In this document: positions 1-9,903 of the stretch, one piece after another | How the letters are laid out: the number at the start of each line of letters is the position of its first letter | Position numbering within the stretch: position 1 is the stretch's first letter | Source of the DNA: an uncultured Actinomycetes bacterium | GTDB lineage: Bacteria; Actinomycetota; Coriobacteriia; Anaerosomatales; PHET01 | Direction: 5' to 3' | Assembly: GCA_963726325.1 (NCBI GenBank) | Contig: CAVSCA010000007.1 | Location: 103,389-167,388, forward strand | Length of the DNA: 64,000 nt | Position numbers and translations under genes: made by a program | The notes under the pieces: generated by a model | Databases searched by the model: none | Told to the model about the DNA's origin: nothing | The model's input: the letters and a program-made list of their open reading frames with translations, nothing else

Positions 1-1106
1 GTCCTCGACGTTGACGTAGTGGAAGCGCGTCACGTACACGCCTCGCTTGACGCTGCCGATCAGCTCGTCGAGCGTGGCGTCTCCTGCGGCCATCGCCAGG
101 TTGAGCGGCATCGGCCCCCAGCGGTTCGGGGCCGGCAGCGCGTGGCCCGTGTTGGCGCGCCCGGTCTGGGCTGCCCAGTAGGAGTCGGTCACCGGGCCAA
201 CCGCGACTCCGCCCTCCACGAGCGCAACCGGGCTCTTCGGCACGCCTTCGAAGTCGAAGGTGAGCCCGAGTGCGCCGGGCGCGAGCGCGTCGTCGACGAT
301 CGTCACGTGCTCGCTCATCACCTGCTTGCCCAAGTTGCCGCTCATGAACGAGCGACCCTCGGCGAAGGCCTTGGCCGAGAACCCGACGTAGGCGAGGAAG
401 TCCATGACGTCCGCGACCGCTTCCGGGCCGAGGACGACGCGGTACTCGCCGGGCTCCAAGTCGACGGGGTTCGCCGAGCGGATGGCGAGGTCGGCCGCGT
501 CGCTGCCCAACCGCGCCGGGTCGAGGGCGTCCGGGTCCGCGCCCAGGTAGCTCGCCCATCCGCTGCCGGCGTCGTTCATCGACAGCACGGTCGCCTGCAC
601 GTCGGCGGTCGCCATTCCCGCGTCGACGCCGTGGCTGTTCGCGATCGCGGTGACGCGCGAGGCCATGCGCACCTTGCCGGCGGCGGTCAGGTCGCGGGAG
701 CGCGACGGCTCCACGATGGCCTCGACCGCGCGGGCGCGGGCGACCTCGTCGAAGGCGAGCGCGCTCGGCGCAGCGCGGTCCGGAGTCTCGAGAGCGGCGG
801 GCTTCGGCAGCCCGGGGAACTTGGGATCGTCGGGGGCGATGCGTGCGGCCGACAACGGCGGCCTCGCAGCATGCCGCGACCGAAGCGTCATCGATGCGGT
901 TGGTGCTCGCGACGCCCACGCGTGTTCCGAGCACCGCGCGCACGCTCACCACGGTGTCGTCCTCGGCGACGTTCTGGCTGATGCGGTTGTTCGCGAAGCG
1001 GGTCAGCGCCGCGTGCTCGGCGCTCACCAGCGCCTCGGCCTCATCGGCGGCGGTGAGCGCGACGGCGCTGCGCGCGAGCTCTCGAGGCCTGCTCGGGAGT
1101 CAGCAT
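1..1106 (-). CDS. pmbA: PmbA/TldE-family protein (TldD partner). The 3' end runs off the window and the frame is broken near 865 and 1080.
   Basis: My minus-strand translation of 1-870 gives ...MASRVTAIANSHGVDAG...GRSFMSGNLGKQVMSEHVTIVDDALAPGALGLTFDFEGVP...NTGHALPAPNRWGP...VKRGVYVTRFHYVNVED, which is PmbA/TldE-like and lacks HExxxH. The ATG at 1106 abuts the tldD stop but is out of frame with the downstream ELARSAVALTAADEAEALVS. Confidence 0.7.
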
Positions 1107-2593
1107 CTAGCGTCCCACCCCCACCGAAACGCCCCTGAACCGGGCGGGCGACGCTCCGTGCGCGACGTGCGCCACCTGGATCGGCTCGCCCTTGCCGCAG
1201 TTGGGCAGCCCCCACACCTGCCAGTGGTCCTTCGAGCACACCGCGTCGCACGACGCCCAGAACTTGGGCGTGATGCCGGTGTAGTTGGGCATGCGCACCA
1301 TCCGGCCGAGCGTGCCGCCCTTGATCTCCCAGCCGATCTCGCACGCGAACTGGAAGTTGAGGCGCTTGTCGTCGATCGACCACGAGTTGTTCGTCTGGAC
1401 GAACAGGCCGTCGTCCGTGTCGGCGATCAGGTCGTCGAGGGCCCACGTGCCGGGCTCGAGCGAGACCGTGGTCATGCGCACGAGCGGGACGCGGTTCCAT
1501 CCGTCGGCGCGCATGCAGCCGTTGCTCGTGCGGCCCAGCGCGGGAGCGGTCTCCCGAGACGAGAGCAGCCCGGTGAGCAGGCCGTCGCGCACGATGTAGT
1601 CGCGCTGGGCGGGCACTCCCTCGTCGTCCCACCCGAAGCTGCCCAAAGACCCCTCGACGGTGGCGTCGGCGGTCACCGTCACGTGCGGGGAGCCGTACAC
1701 GAGCGAGCCGACGTCGCCCAGCCCCACCCAGCTCGTGCCTGCGAACGCGGCCTCTTCGCCCAGCACGCGGTCGAGCTCGGTGGGGTGGCCGATGGACTCG
1801 TGGACCTGCAGCGCCATCTGGCTCGCGTCGATGATGAGGTCGACCGTCGCGTTCGGGCACTCCGGCGCGCTGAGCAAGGCCGCAGCCTGCTCCGCAACGC
1901 GGGCCGCCTCACTCACCAGGTCGAGTCCGGTCACGTACTCCCAGCCCGCCTGCGCCCAGCCGCCGCCGTGCGAGTCGGGGTACGAGCGGCTCACGACCTC
2001 GCCGTCCTTGACCGCGTACGCGACGATGCCCGCACCGGTCTCGACCCACGACTGCTCGATGAAGGCGCCCTCCGTCGAGCCGAACCACTTGCGCTCACGG
2101 TAGGCGCCGCACTGCGCCGTGGTGATGGTGACGGCGGGCTCCGCTCGCAGCGCCTCGTCGGCGGCCAGAGCATGGCGAGCTTGTCTTCGAGCGGCACCGA
2201 GAACGGGTCGATCGCGCACGGGCCGCTCCAGGTGCCCACGGCCGGTGCGACCGGTGCGAGCTGCACGGGCGGACCGGCCACCATCGCGGATGCGCGCGCG
2301 ATCCCCACCGCCTGGCGGGCGGTCTTCGCGGCCGCGTCGGCGGTCACTTCGCGCGTCGCCGAGAAGCCCCAGGCGCCGTCGGCCAGCACGCGCACTCCCA
2401 AGCCGAAGCTGTCGGCGCGCTCGACTTGCTCGACGCGACCGGTCGCGACCTGCAACTCCTCGCGCGACGTATCGACGACGCGAGCATCGGCGTACTCGGC
2501 ACCGGCCAAGCGTGCGGCTTCGAGCGCAGCCTCGATGATCTCCTTCAACGAGCCCCCCGTGCGTTGTGCGCGTGCGTAGTCGCGGGCGAGCAC
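1107..2593 (-). CDS. tldD: TldD-family zinc metalloprotease, one frame break near 2167
   Basis: ORF 1991-2593 is the N-terminal half. ORF 1107-2219 is the C-terminal half with HESIGHPTELDR, GCMRADGW and PNCGKGEP. The halves join at LEDKLAML / LAADEALRAEP. Confidence 0.85.
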
Positions 2594-2741
2594 TGCCCGC
2601 GCGGTTTCCCCTGCGTGAACCTTACCCTGTTACCTGGTCGGCTGTCCTGCCGATACGGGCAAGATGGCCTGTCTTGGAGACACAAACGCCTGCCGCTGCG
2701 GGCAGGCGCTCGATTGCGAACCGAAGTGACGTGCGGCCGAT

Positions 2742-3993
2742 CTAGTTGAGCACCGACGCCGGGTCCTTCACGGCACCCTTGATCGGAGCGGTGCGGTACT
2801 GCCACGGGTAGCGGCGGGCGCCGGCGAAGTCGCTGCGGTCGGCGAGCTTCGAGATCTTGACGAAGTCACCGGTGCGCGGTGCGTGGATGAAGTAGCCGCC
2901 GCCGACGTAGATGCCTACGTGGTGGATGGGCGAGCCGAAGAAGACCACGTCGCCGGCTGCAGGGCGCTGCGCGGCGACCTTCTCGCCCAGCCCGAACTGC
3001 GAACCGGAGTAGTGCGGCAGGTTCACGCCGTGCTGGCGGAAGACGTAGAGCACGAGGCCGGAGCAGTCAAAGCCGCTGGGCTTCTCGCCGCCCCACAGGT
3101 ACGGCACGCCGTGGTAGCCAAGCGCGGTCTCGACCGGGCTGCCCGTCTCGGCGACGATGCCCTTCTCGTTGGCGCCCGAGAGGATTCCGGCGAGAAGCGA
3201 CGGACTGCTCGGTCTGACGACGCGCGTCCTCGCTGTCGAGCAACTCGCGGATGTCCTTCTGGGCCTTGTTGACCATGTCCTGGCGCTCTTGGATGCGAAG
3301 CATGATCTCGATCTGGCGAGCCTTGAGCTCGAACTCGAGCGACTCGGCAACGGCCTGAGTGGCCTTCAGCTCGTCGACCTGGCCCTCGAGCAGCTCCTTC
3401 TGGCCGCGCAGCGACTTGGCGATGTCCGCATCGGCCACGCCGATGGTGTTGAGGAACTTGACGCGGGACATGAAGTCCGAGACCGACTTGGCGTCGAGCA
3501 GGACCTCGACGGCTGCCAGCGAGCCATCGCGGTACATGGAGCTGGCGCGCGTGCCGAGGATCTCGGCCTGCATCTCGTAGGCGAGCTTGGCCTGAGTCAG
3601 ATCGCCCTGCGCGACGTCCACGCGGGACTTCATCTCGCTGAGCTGGTCGATGGAGGCGTTGTAGGATTCGGTCGCGATCTCGAGCTCGCGGTCGAGCGCG
3701 TCGAGCTGCGCCATGAAGTCGTCGAGCTTCTTCTGCTTGGCGGCCAGGTCCTTGCGGAACTGCAGGGTCCGCGGGTCTTCGGGAACCGCGATCTCGGAGT
3801 TCGACGCCGGCGGCCGAGTGTGGGTCGCGCTGGGAGTCGAAACCTTGGGAGCGGTGTGGGTGACGGTGGGCTCGGCAGCTGTCGGAGCGCCGTAGGCCGG
3901 GGCAGTCGAAAGCAGCGCGACGACAACCGTCAGCGCCGCGAGTCGCCGCACTCTGTGTGCGGTCGATCCGTTGCCCATGTACCTGCCCTTCAT
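2742..3993 (-). CDS. Secreted coiled-coil + NlpC/P60 peptidoglycan endopeptidase (RipA/CwlO-like architecture), one frame break near 3205
   Basis: ORF 3067-3993 holds a signal peptide and a long coiled coil. ORF 2742-3350 holds the NlpC/P60 core (GVPYLWGGEKPSGFDCSGLV...HHVGIYVGGGYFIHAP). AGGAG lies 8 nt upstream of ATG 3993. Confidence 0.8.
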
Positions 3994-4246
3994 TGCCGGC
4001 GGACTCCTTACGGCGAAAACCCCTGCTTATAGCCTTACCCTGCTTCGCCGAGAAACACGAGCCCAGAGTGCGATTCTACACCGTTTCTCCAGGTCTCGCA
4101 GCCTCTTGGCGCTGCTGGCAGCTTACCGCGCATGAATATGCAAACGCGGTGCCGTTATGGTTATCGGCACAAAGTCAGCACATTGAGAGGCATTCCGGCG
4201 GTCGCGCGAGCGCGCTCGCCGGGCAGGGCCGCGGCCGTCTTGCGGC

Positions 4247-4480
4247 CTACTCGTCGGGCTGTTTCGGGGCGTCGCCGTAGTGCTTGAGTGCCTCCTCGGC
4301 GGCGTACTCGAACGCGATACGCTGCTCCTCCTCGGCGGAGGGGACCGGAGTGATCGTGAGCGACGTGCCGTCGGTGGTGATGCTGAACTCGCTGTTCTCG
4401 TTCGCGCCGATGAGCTCGAGGATGGGCTTGTCGATGATGAGTGCGCGGCTGTTGCCGTGGCGCACGAGCTTCTTGATCAT
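4247..4480 (-). CDS. SpoVT/AbrB-type (MazE-like) antitoxin-like DNA-binding protein, solitary
   Basis: 77 aa from an internal ATG with GGAGG 8 nt upstream: MIKKLVRHGNSRALIIDKPILELIG... There is no toxin-sized ORF downstream on the same strand. Confidence 0.55.
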   Translation of the reverse strand: MIKKLVRHGNSRALIIDKPILELIGANENSEFSITTDGTSLTITPVPSAEEEQRIAFEYAAEEALKHYGDAPKQPDE

Positions 4481-4631
4481 TGCTGGCCTCCAGTACTTGG
4501 AGAGCGTCAATGCGGATATACAATGTATCACCTGATGGTCTATCGGCGCGTGATCGGCGTGCTGCCGTTTGTTGCGTCGTGAGAAGCGGGTATGTTACTT
4601 TGTGCGTCCGCCGAGAGGCGAAAGCGAATAT

Positions 4632-4708
<77 letters not shown>

Positions 4709-4716
4709 GAAACTCG

Positions 4717-4756
4717 CAGGTCAGAACCACAAACGTGTCTGGCCTGTTCTTGCGTT
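4717..4756 (+). terminator. Intrinsic terminator after tRNA-Met
   Basis: Stem CAGGTCAGA (4717-4725) pairs with TCTGGCCTG (4738-4746) with one G-U pair, followed by TTCTTGCGTT. Confidence 0.55.
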
Positions 4757-4813
4757 GTCCCCTGATGGGCTGTCAGCCGCTTCTCCCGACAGCTGTCGGA
4801 CACGGACGACCAT

Positions 4814-4890
4814 CGGGGCAAACGCCTCGTGACCGAGCTTTCGGGCTTGCAACCCGAAGGTCACAGGTTCAAATCCTGTCCCCGCGACCA
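4814..4890 (+). pseudogene. Degenerate tRNA-like copy: the 3' half is identical to tRNA-Met, the anticodon loop is changed to CTTGCAA (UGC), and the acceptor and D arms do not fold
   Basis: 4851-4891 is identical to 4669-4709 and the anticodon stem TCGGG/CCCGA is also kept. The 5' part (CGGGGCAAACGCCTCGTGACCGAGCTT) cannot pair with the CCCCGCG 3' acceptor strand beyond about 5 bp. Confidence 0.5.
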
Positions 4891-4899
4891 GTAAAATCG

Positions 4900-4937
4900 C
4901 AGGTCAGAAGCCGAGAAGCTTCTGGCCTGTTTTCGTT
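4900..4937 (+). terminator. Intrinsic terminator after the tRNA-like copy
   Basis: A 12-bp stem, CAGGTCAGAAGC (4900-4911) / GCTTCTGGCCTG (4918-4929), is followed by TTTTCGTT. It is homologous to the terminator at 4717-4756. Confidence 0.65.
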
Positions 4938-5205
4938 GTCAGAGGCGACTTCTAACGTTCTTCTAACGCCTTGCCTTCGAAACAGCCCAATCAGCCCCGA
5001 GGTGCTCACCGCTGCAGCCGTCCTGGTCGGCTAGGGTAGAATCAGGCGCGTCACGTTCAGCGAGACGCGTGGCATGTGTGGCTCCTTATCGGAATGCCGC
5101 AACGGTCGTGTGGCGATGAGGAGCGTGGCAGTAGCGGGGGCCGACGTGCCTGTCGGGCCGAGGTGGGTTACCTGAGAAGCACTCACCATATCGAGGGGGT
5201 CTCGC

Positions 5206-6221
5206 GTGAAGGATCGCAAGGTGTTGCTCATCGCTGTGGTGGCTGCCACCGTTGTCGCCGCGCTGATCCCGCTGTTCGACGCGACCTGGTGCCCAAGATC
5301 GAGTTGTTGCCTGACGCCGGCGCAGCTTGGTACTACTGGAAGCTTCCCGAGCCCACACTCTTCACGCGCGTCGCGGCATGGACGCCCTACGTGATACACA
5401 TGGCGCTGCTGTGGTATCTCATCTTCCGGCTGAATCAGTCCAAGAAGCGTCAGGACGACACCCTGTCGAAGTGGAACTGGTGGCTGCTGGGCGTGAACGC
5501 CGCAGCTGTCGCGATTCACTTCGTGGGTACGGCGCTCACGTACGACGGCACCGCGCAGGACGTGCCGGTGTGGAGCTCGCAGTACTCGGTCATCTTCATG
5601 CTCGTGCTCATCCTGATCATGAAGAATCGCTGGCGCGGCCTGTTCTTTGGACGCAAGGCGCCCCTGCCAAAGGATGGCGTCCGGCTCACCAGTTCCATCC
5701 ACTCGTACTACATCGCGTGGGGGGTCGCGTACACCTTCTGGTTCCATCCGGTCGTGTCCACGTGGGCGCACGTCATCGGCTTCTTCTACATGTTCCTGTT
5801 GTTCATCCAGCTGTCGCTGGGCCGCACGCGCGTGCACGTGAACAAGCTATGGACGCTTGCACTCGAGGTCATCGTGCTGGTGCACGGGACGGCGGTCGCC
5901 TACTTCACCCAGCAGTCGATCATCTGGACCATGTTCTTCACGGGGTTCCTGACGATACTGATCGTGACGCAGATCTACGGCCTGGGCCTCCCAAAATGGG
6001 CGATCCGCGGTGCCTCGGCGGCGTACGTCGTGCTGGTGCTCGGCCTGTACACGTTCTATCCGAGCGGCACGTTCTCGACCGAGCGACTGGCGAAGATCTA
6101 CCAGGTCTCGTTCATCCCGGTCGCCGAGTACAGCTTGGTGTTCATTGTGGCGGGGGTGTTGTGGGCTGTGAGTTTGCTGCCGCCGGTTCGCGACCACCTG
6201 CACCCGTCGGGCAAGAGGTAG
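5206..6221 (+). CDS. Polytopic membrane protein of unknown function, one frame break near 5283
   Basis: GTG start with GAGGGG upstream and an N-terminal TM (KVLLIAVVAATVVAALIPLF). It continues in the frame of ORF 5076-6221 (LVPKIELLPDAGAAWYYWKLPE...) with at least 8 hydrophobic segments. G+C is lower than in the flanks. Confidence 0.6.
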
Positions 6222-6281
6222 TTGACGCCAAAACGAGAGCTCTCGGGTACGAAGAATCGAATCAGTCACAAGGCAGGCATC

Positions 6282-7421
6282 ATGATCAACGCACTCGTCG
6301 ATCGTTCCAGCTATCCCAGCCTCAACGAGTGCGTCTATCTCAACCAGGCTTCACTCGGTCTGATCGGTCAGCCAGCCGTTGAGTCGATGCATGAGTTCCT
6401 TGACGACACCGCCCGTCACGGCAATCTCAGAATGACCGACGAGGAAGAGGTCGGATTCTTCGAGTCGTTGCGTCAGCGGGGTGCGAGGCTCCTGAATTGC
6501 CATACGGATCAACTTGCCATTACAGCAAGCGCCAGTGAGCTTCTCGGTCAACTGCCCTTCTTGATTCGCCCGGCTTCCGACAGCTCCATCGTCGCCGTAG
6601 CCACGGACTTTCCGGCCCTTACGCGCCCCTGGATTCGATATGCGGCCGAGAGCGATTGCTCTCTCCGCTTTGTTGACGACATCGCAACCGAGAACCTCAC
6701 AGACAGGCTCATCAATGGCATCGACAGTCATACATCCGTTGTAGCCGTCAGCTACGTTCAGTTCTCCACCGGATCCATGGTCGACGTTCCCCGTCTGCGC
6801 GAGGCGTGTGCGCGTGCTGGCGCAAGGCTGGTCGTCGACGCAACACAAGCGGCAGGAATCCTGAAGGTGGACTCACAGCGCTGGAAGGCCGATGCGGTTG
6901 TCACTAGCGGCTACAAGTGGTTGGGCGGTCACGGCGGCGTTGCGCTCTCGGCAGTATCTGCCACGTTGCTCGAACAAGATCCACCGCTGCCGGGCTGGTT
7001 TGGAACAGGCAGTCCATTTGACTTCGAAGCCACAGGCCTGCACTTCGCCGCCGACGCACGACGCTTCACCCAATCGACGATGTCCTACATCTCGATGGCT
7101 GGCCTCACAACGGCACTCGACCATCTGATGTCCTTGAGTGAGAGCCGACTTGAGGCGCATTCACGCCAACTCTCGCGGAGACTCATCGAGGGTGCGCAGG
7201 CGCACGGATGGACACCATTTCGAGCGTTGGAGGACGCGTCGGCGTCACCCCACATAGTGGCGCTCGCCCACTCGGAGTTCGGCGTGGAGAGAGCAATCGA
7301 CGCATTGCGCCGCAACCGTATCGTTTGTGGAGTTCGCAACGGTCGCATCAGGATTTCGCTCGCGCCCTACAACAACAGTGCTGATGTTGATGCCTTGATT
7401 GATGTGTTGGCCTCTATCTGA
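6282..7421 (+). CDS. Class V aminotransferase / cysteine desulfurase-like PLP enzyme
   Basis: Uninterrupted ORF starting MINALVDRS. Motifs: VYLNQASLG, and VTSGYKWLGGHGG carrying the PLP-lysine. A spot count gives 33/60 G+C at 6481-6540. Confidence 0.8.
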   Translation: MINALVDRSSYPSLNECVYLNQASLGLIGQPAVESMHEFLDDTARHGNLRMTDEEEVGFFESLRQRGARLLNCHTDQLAITASASELLGQLPFLIRPASDSSIVAVATDFPALTRPWIRYAAESDCSLRFVDDIATENLTDRLINGIDSHTSVVAVSYVQFSTGSMVDVPRLREACARAGARLVVDATQAAGILKVDSQRWKADAVVTSGYKWLGGHGGVALSAVSATLLEQDPPLPGWFGTGSPFDFEATGLHFAADARRFTQSTMSYISMAGLTTALDHLMSLSESRLEAHSRQLSRRLIEGAQAHGWTPFRALEDASASPHIVALAHSEFGVERAIDALRRNRIVCGVRNGRIRISLAPYNNSADVDALIDVLASI

Positions 7422-7491
7422 GGGTCGCACTGGACCCCTCGCGGGTACATACAAATGTAGAAGGCCTCCTTCCCGGAAGGGGGTGGGCGTC

Positions 7492-8144
7492 ATGTTGAAA
7501 CGCCTGGAGGTCTACGCCGATGCGGGGCTGCTCAGCCTCGTGTGTTCCACGATCGTGTTCGCGCTGCTCGCGTTCGCCATGCCACGGTTGGGGCCGGTCT
7601 TCGGTGGCGGGTTCGGCGGGATGATCAGCATGATCGGCCCGTCGGTGCTGATCGGTACGGCAGTCGCGATCTGGGTGACATGGGTGCTGCACCATCGCAC
7701 GACACTCGAGCCGATGACCCGAGATGAGTCCGTGCGGATGTCGTGGTTCGCGCTGGCCGCCGTGGTCTTCGCAGCCGCGATGGTCGCGGCATGGACGGCG
7801 ATCGGTCACCACGACCATCGCGCTCGGGGTGGTCGGGATGGTGTTCCTGTTGGCGATAGCCGTGTGGCTCGTGGTCGACGCCGTGATCGACATCTTCAAG
7901 ACGCGCGAGCACATCACGATCGACATCGTCCGGATTCTCGCCCTTGGTCTGCTCGGCGCCTCGCTGGTAGCGGGCCTGATCAGTCCGGCTGTGCCTGGGA
8001 CCGATCAGGACATCGACGCCGTACGTGGTGATCGGCACGGCGTACATGACCTTCGCCGCGCTGCTGACGTACGGCTACGACGAGCTCGTGTCGTGGAGGA
8101 AGCGCACGCACACAACGCATGCACCGCTTTCGCCGAGCGTCTAG
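7492..8144 (+). CDS. Membrane protein of unknown function, two frame breaks (about 7800 and 8010)
   Basis: ATG 7492 follows GGAAGGGGG. Hydrophobic segments continue through three successive frames (ORF 7399-8031, ORF 7724-8152, then ...VIGTAYMTFAALLTYGYDELVSWRKR... ending at TAG 8142-8144). Confidence 0.5.
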
Positions 8145-8204
8145 TCGGCTGATTGCGAAGCGGGGGCCGGCGTCGCGCTGACCCCCGCGAAGGGGGAGGT
8201 AGCG

Positions 8205-8531
8205 ATGACTGAGCACACGCTGCCGGGTGGCAGCGGGTTCATGAGGTTACCCGCGACTCGGCTTGGGAGAGTGTCGGCATGGCTCTTCGTGGGCGCCATC
8301 GCGCTCTTGATGGTGGGGCCCTTGATCGGTCCTGCACTGGGGGAACTCGAGATCGGGCAGCTCAACGTCGGGCCGCTCATCGGCGTCTTGGTGTTGGCCG
8401 CCGCGCTCGTCACCGGGGCCATCTCGCTCATCAAGGACCACGAGCGCTCGTGGGTGGTGTGGCTGGCGGTGGCGCTGCCTGCGCTCGTGATCGGCGCCGA
8501 GATCATCTCGCTTCTGATCCCGGGCGAGTGA
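8205..8531 (+). CDS. Small membrane protein (3-4 TM)
   Basis: ATG follows GGGGGAGG. The 108 aa include WLFVGAIALLMVGPLIGPAL, LIGVLVLAAALVTGAISLI and VVWLAVALPALVIGAEIISLLI. Confidence 0.5.
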   Translation: MTEHTLPGGSGFMRLPATRLGRVSAWLFVGAIALLMVGPLIGPALGELEIGQLNVGPLIGVLVLAAALVTGAISLIKDHERSWVVWLAVALPALVIGAEIISLLIPGE

Positions 8532-8532
8532 G

Positions 8533-8835
8533 CTACAGCCAGTTCTCGTCTCGGCCGTACTCGCTGATCGGCACGGTCTTCATGACCTTGTCGTGCTCGC
8601 GTGCGTGGTCGATCACTGCCAGGCCGATGTCGTTGCCCGGGTGGGCGTGGAACACGTGGCTGTGGTCGATCTCCATCGACTGGACGTCTTGCTCGAAGTT
8701 GCTCGTGTGACCGACGATGTGCACGTGATCGCCCACGTTGAGCGGCGAGTCCAGATGCACGCCTGCCACGCCGAGATGGGACCAGTAGTGGGTCACCACG
8801 CCCACTTGGACCTCGGCCGCTAGCTGCTCCTGCAT
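8533..8835 (-). CDS. Translation elongation factor-like beta-barrel protein (EF-Tu domain 2-like)
   Basis: 100 aa with GAGGAGG upstream. VGVVTHYWSHLGVAGVHLDSPLNVGDHVHIVGHTSNFEQDVQSMEIDHSHV matches the small stand-alone EF-Tu-domain-2-like family pattern from memory. Confidence 0.55.
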   Translation of the reverse strand: MQEQLAAEVQVGVVTHYWSHLGVAGVHLDSPLNVGDHVHIVGHTSNFEQDVQSMEIDHSHVFHAHPGNDIGLAVIDHAREHDKVMKTVPISEYGRDENWL

Positions 8836-8994
8836 GCCGAGTCACCTCCTCACAATCGCCACGAAAGGCGACACGCAGTATGTACCCGCGCGGTGAAGGC
8901 GCGTGCAGCGGCGTTGTGCCGGCTGCCCGTGCGAGGGGTAGAGTGAAGGAGCCGGCGCAGGGTGCGTTCGGCGGCGCACGGAGGGGAGCGCGCA

Positions 8995-9493
8995 ATGAGC
9001 AAGCGGGTCCTGGTGGGCTACGCCACCGGCACGGGTTCGACGACCGGCGTCGCGGACGCGATTGGCAAGACGCTGTCCGACCGGGGCTTCTCGGTGGACG
9101 TGAAGCCGATCAAGGAGCGCCCGTCGGTCGCAGGGCTACGACGCCGTGGTGTTGGGGAGCGCCATCAACGGCGGTCAGTGGCTGCCCGAGGCCGTCTCGT
9201 ACCTCGAGGCCAACGCCGACGCACTCGGCGGAGTGCCGGTGTCGCTCTTCTGCGTGCACGCGATGAACTGCGGGTCCGATCCCAAGAAGACCCGAAAGCG
9301 GCTCGCGTACCTCGACAAGGAGCGTGCGATGGTGACGCCGGCCGCCGAGGGGTTCTTCGCCGGCAAGGGGCCGTCCCAAGCCGACGCGAACGCGTTCGCG
9401 CGCTGGGCGTTTCGGGCGTTCGGCGGCGACGTCGAGGGCGACGGCCGCGACTGGGATGCGATTCGCGCCTGGGCCGAGCAGGTGCCGGTCTAG
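8995..9493 (+). CDS. Flavodoxin-domain protein, one frame break at the GGG run near 9133
   Basis: The N-terminus is MSKRVLVGYATGTGSTTGVADAIG. It continues in the frame of ORF 9146-9493 (YDAVVLGSAINGGQWLPEAV...). One extra G restores GYDAVVLGS. Confidence 0.7.
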
Positions 9494-9509
9494 CCGCGCA
9501 CCTCGCGGG

Positions 9510-9902
9510 CTAGCGGGTGGCGACGAGGTAGGTGCTTGCGGCCGCGAGCAGCACGGCGGCGAAGGACCCGATGCGGTGCACCCAGACCACGGCGACCGGC
9601 GGTTGTTGCATGCCGCTGATCACGCCACCCGAGGCGAACGCCGCGACAACGAGCACCGCGGTGGCCACCACCACGAGCCACTCTGCTGCCGAGAAGGGCG
9701 CGGTACCGTTGGCCCCGTAGATGGCGATGCCGATCACGATCACCGCGGCGAGATCCACGAGCTTGTGGACGTTGAGCAGCACGGCGCCGTACGGCTTGCC
9801 GGAACGAGTGAGCCACACACCCGTGGCGAGCACGACCGCGGCGGCGATAGCCAGGGCAGCGCTCTTGATACCGTCAATGCTCACAGCAGAGCTCGCCTCC
9901 AA
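9510..9902 (-). CDS. Small 4-TM membrane protein
   Basis: Intact 130-aa ORF directly downstream of the UbiB-like gene (2-nt gap), with four hydrophobic segments. Confidence 0.5.
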   Translation of the reverse strand: MEASSAVSIDGIKSAALAIAAAVVLATGVWLTRSGKPYGAVLLNVHKLVDLAAVIVIGIAIYGANGTAPFSAAEWLVVVATAVLVVAAFASGGVISGMQQPPVAVVWVHRIGSFAAVLLAAASTYLVATR

Positions 9903-9903
9903 C

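Noticed and set aside
3994-4246. A ydaO-type (cyclic-di-AMP) riboswitch in the 250-nt leader upstream of the NlpC/P60 hydrolase, as is common for cell-wall hydrolase genes in Actinomycetota
   Set aside because: Reading the minus strand, I could not find the conserved GGGGACCCA, GGGUGAAUC or ACAGCU.ACCUCGUA elements. Only a TAGAAT -10-like box (complement of 4073-4078) and a GGCGAA...TTCGCC hairpin are present. An Infernal scan would settle it.
4814-4890. A functional second tRNA (tRNA-Ala UGC)
   Set aside because: The acceptor stem would have at most about 5 pairs, and no proper D arm can be drawn. The body is initiator-tRNA-derived and lacks Ala identity features such as G3:U70.
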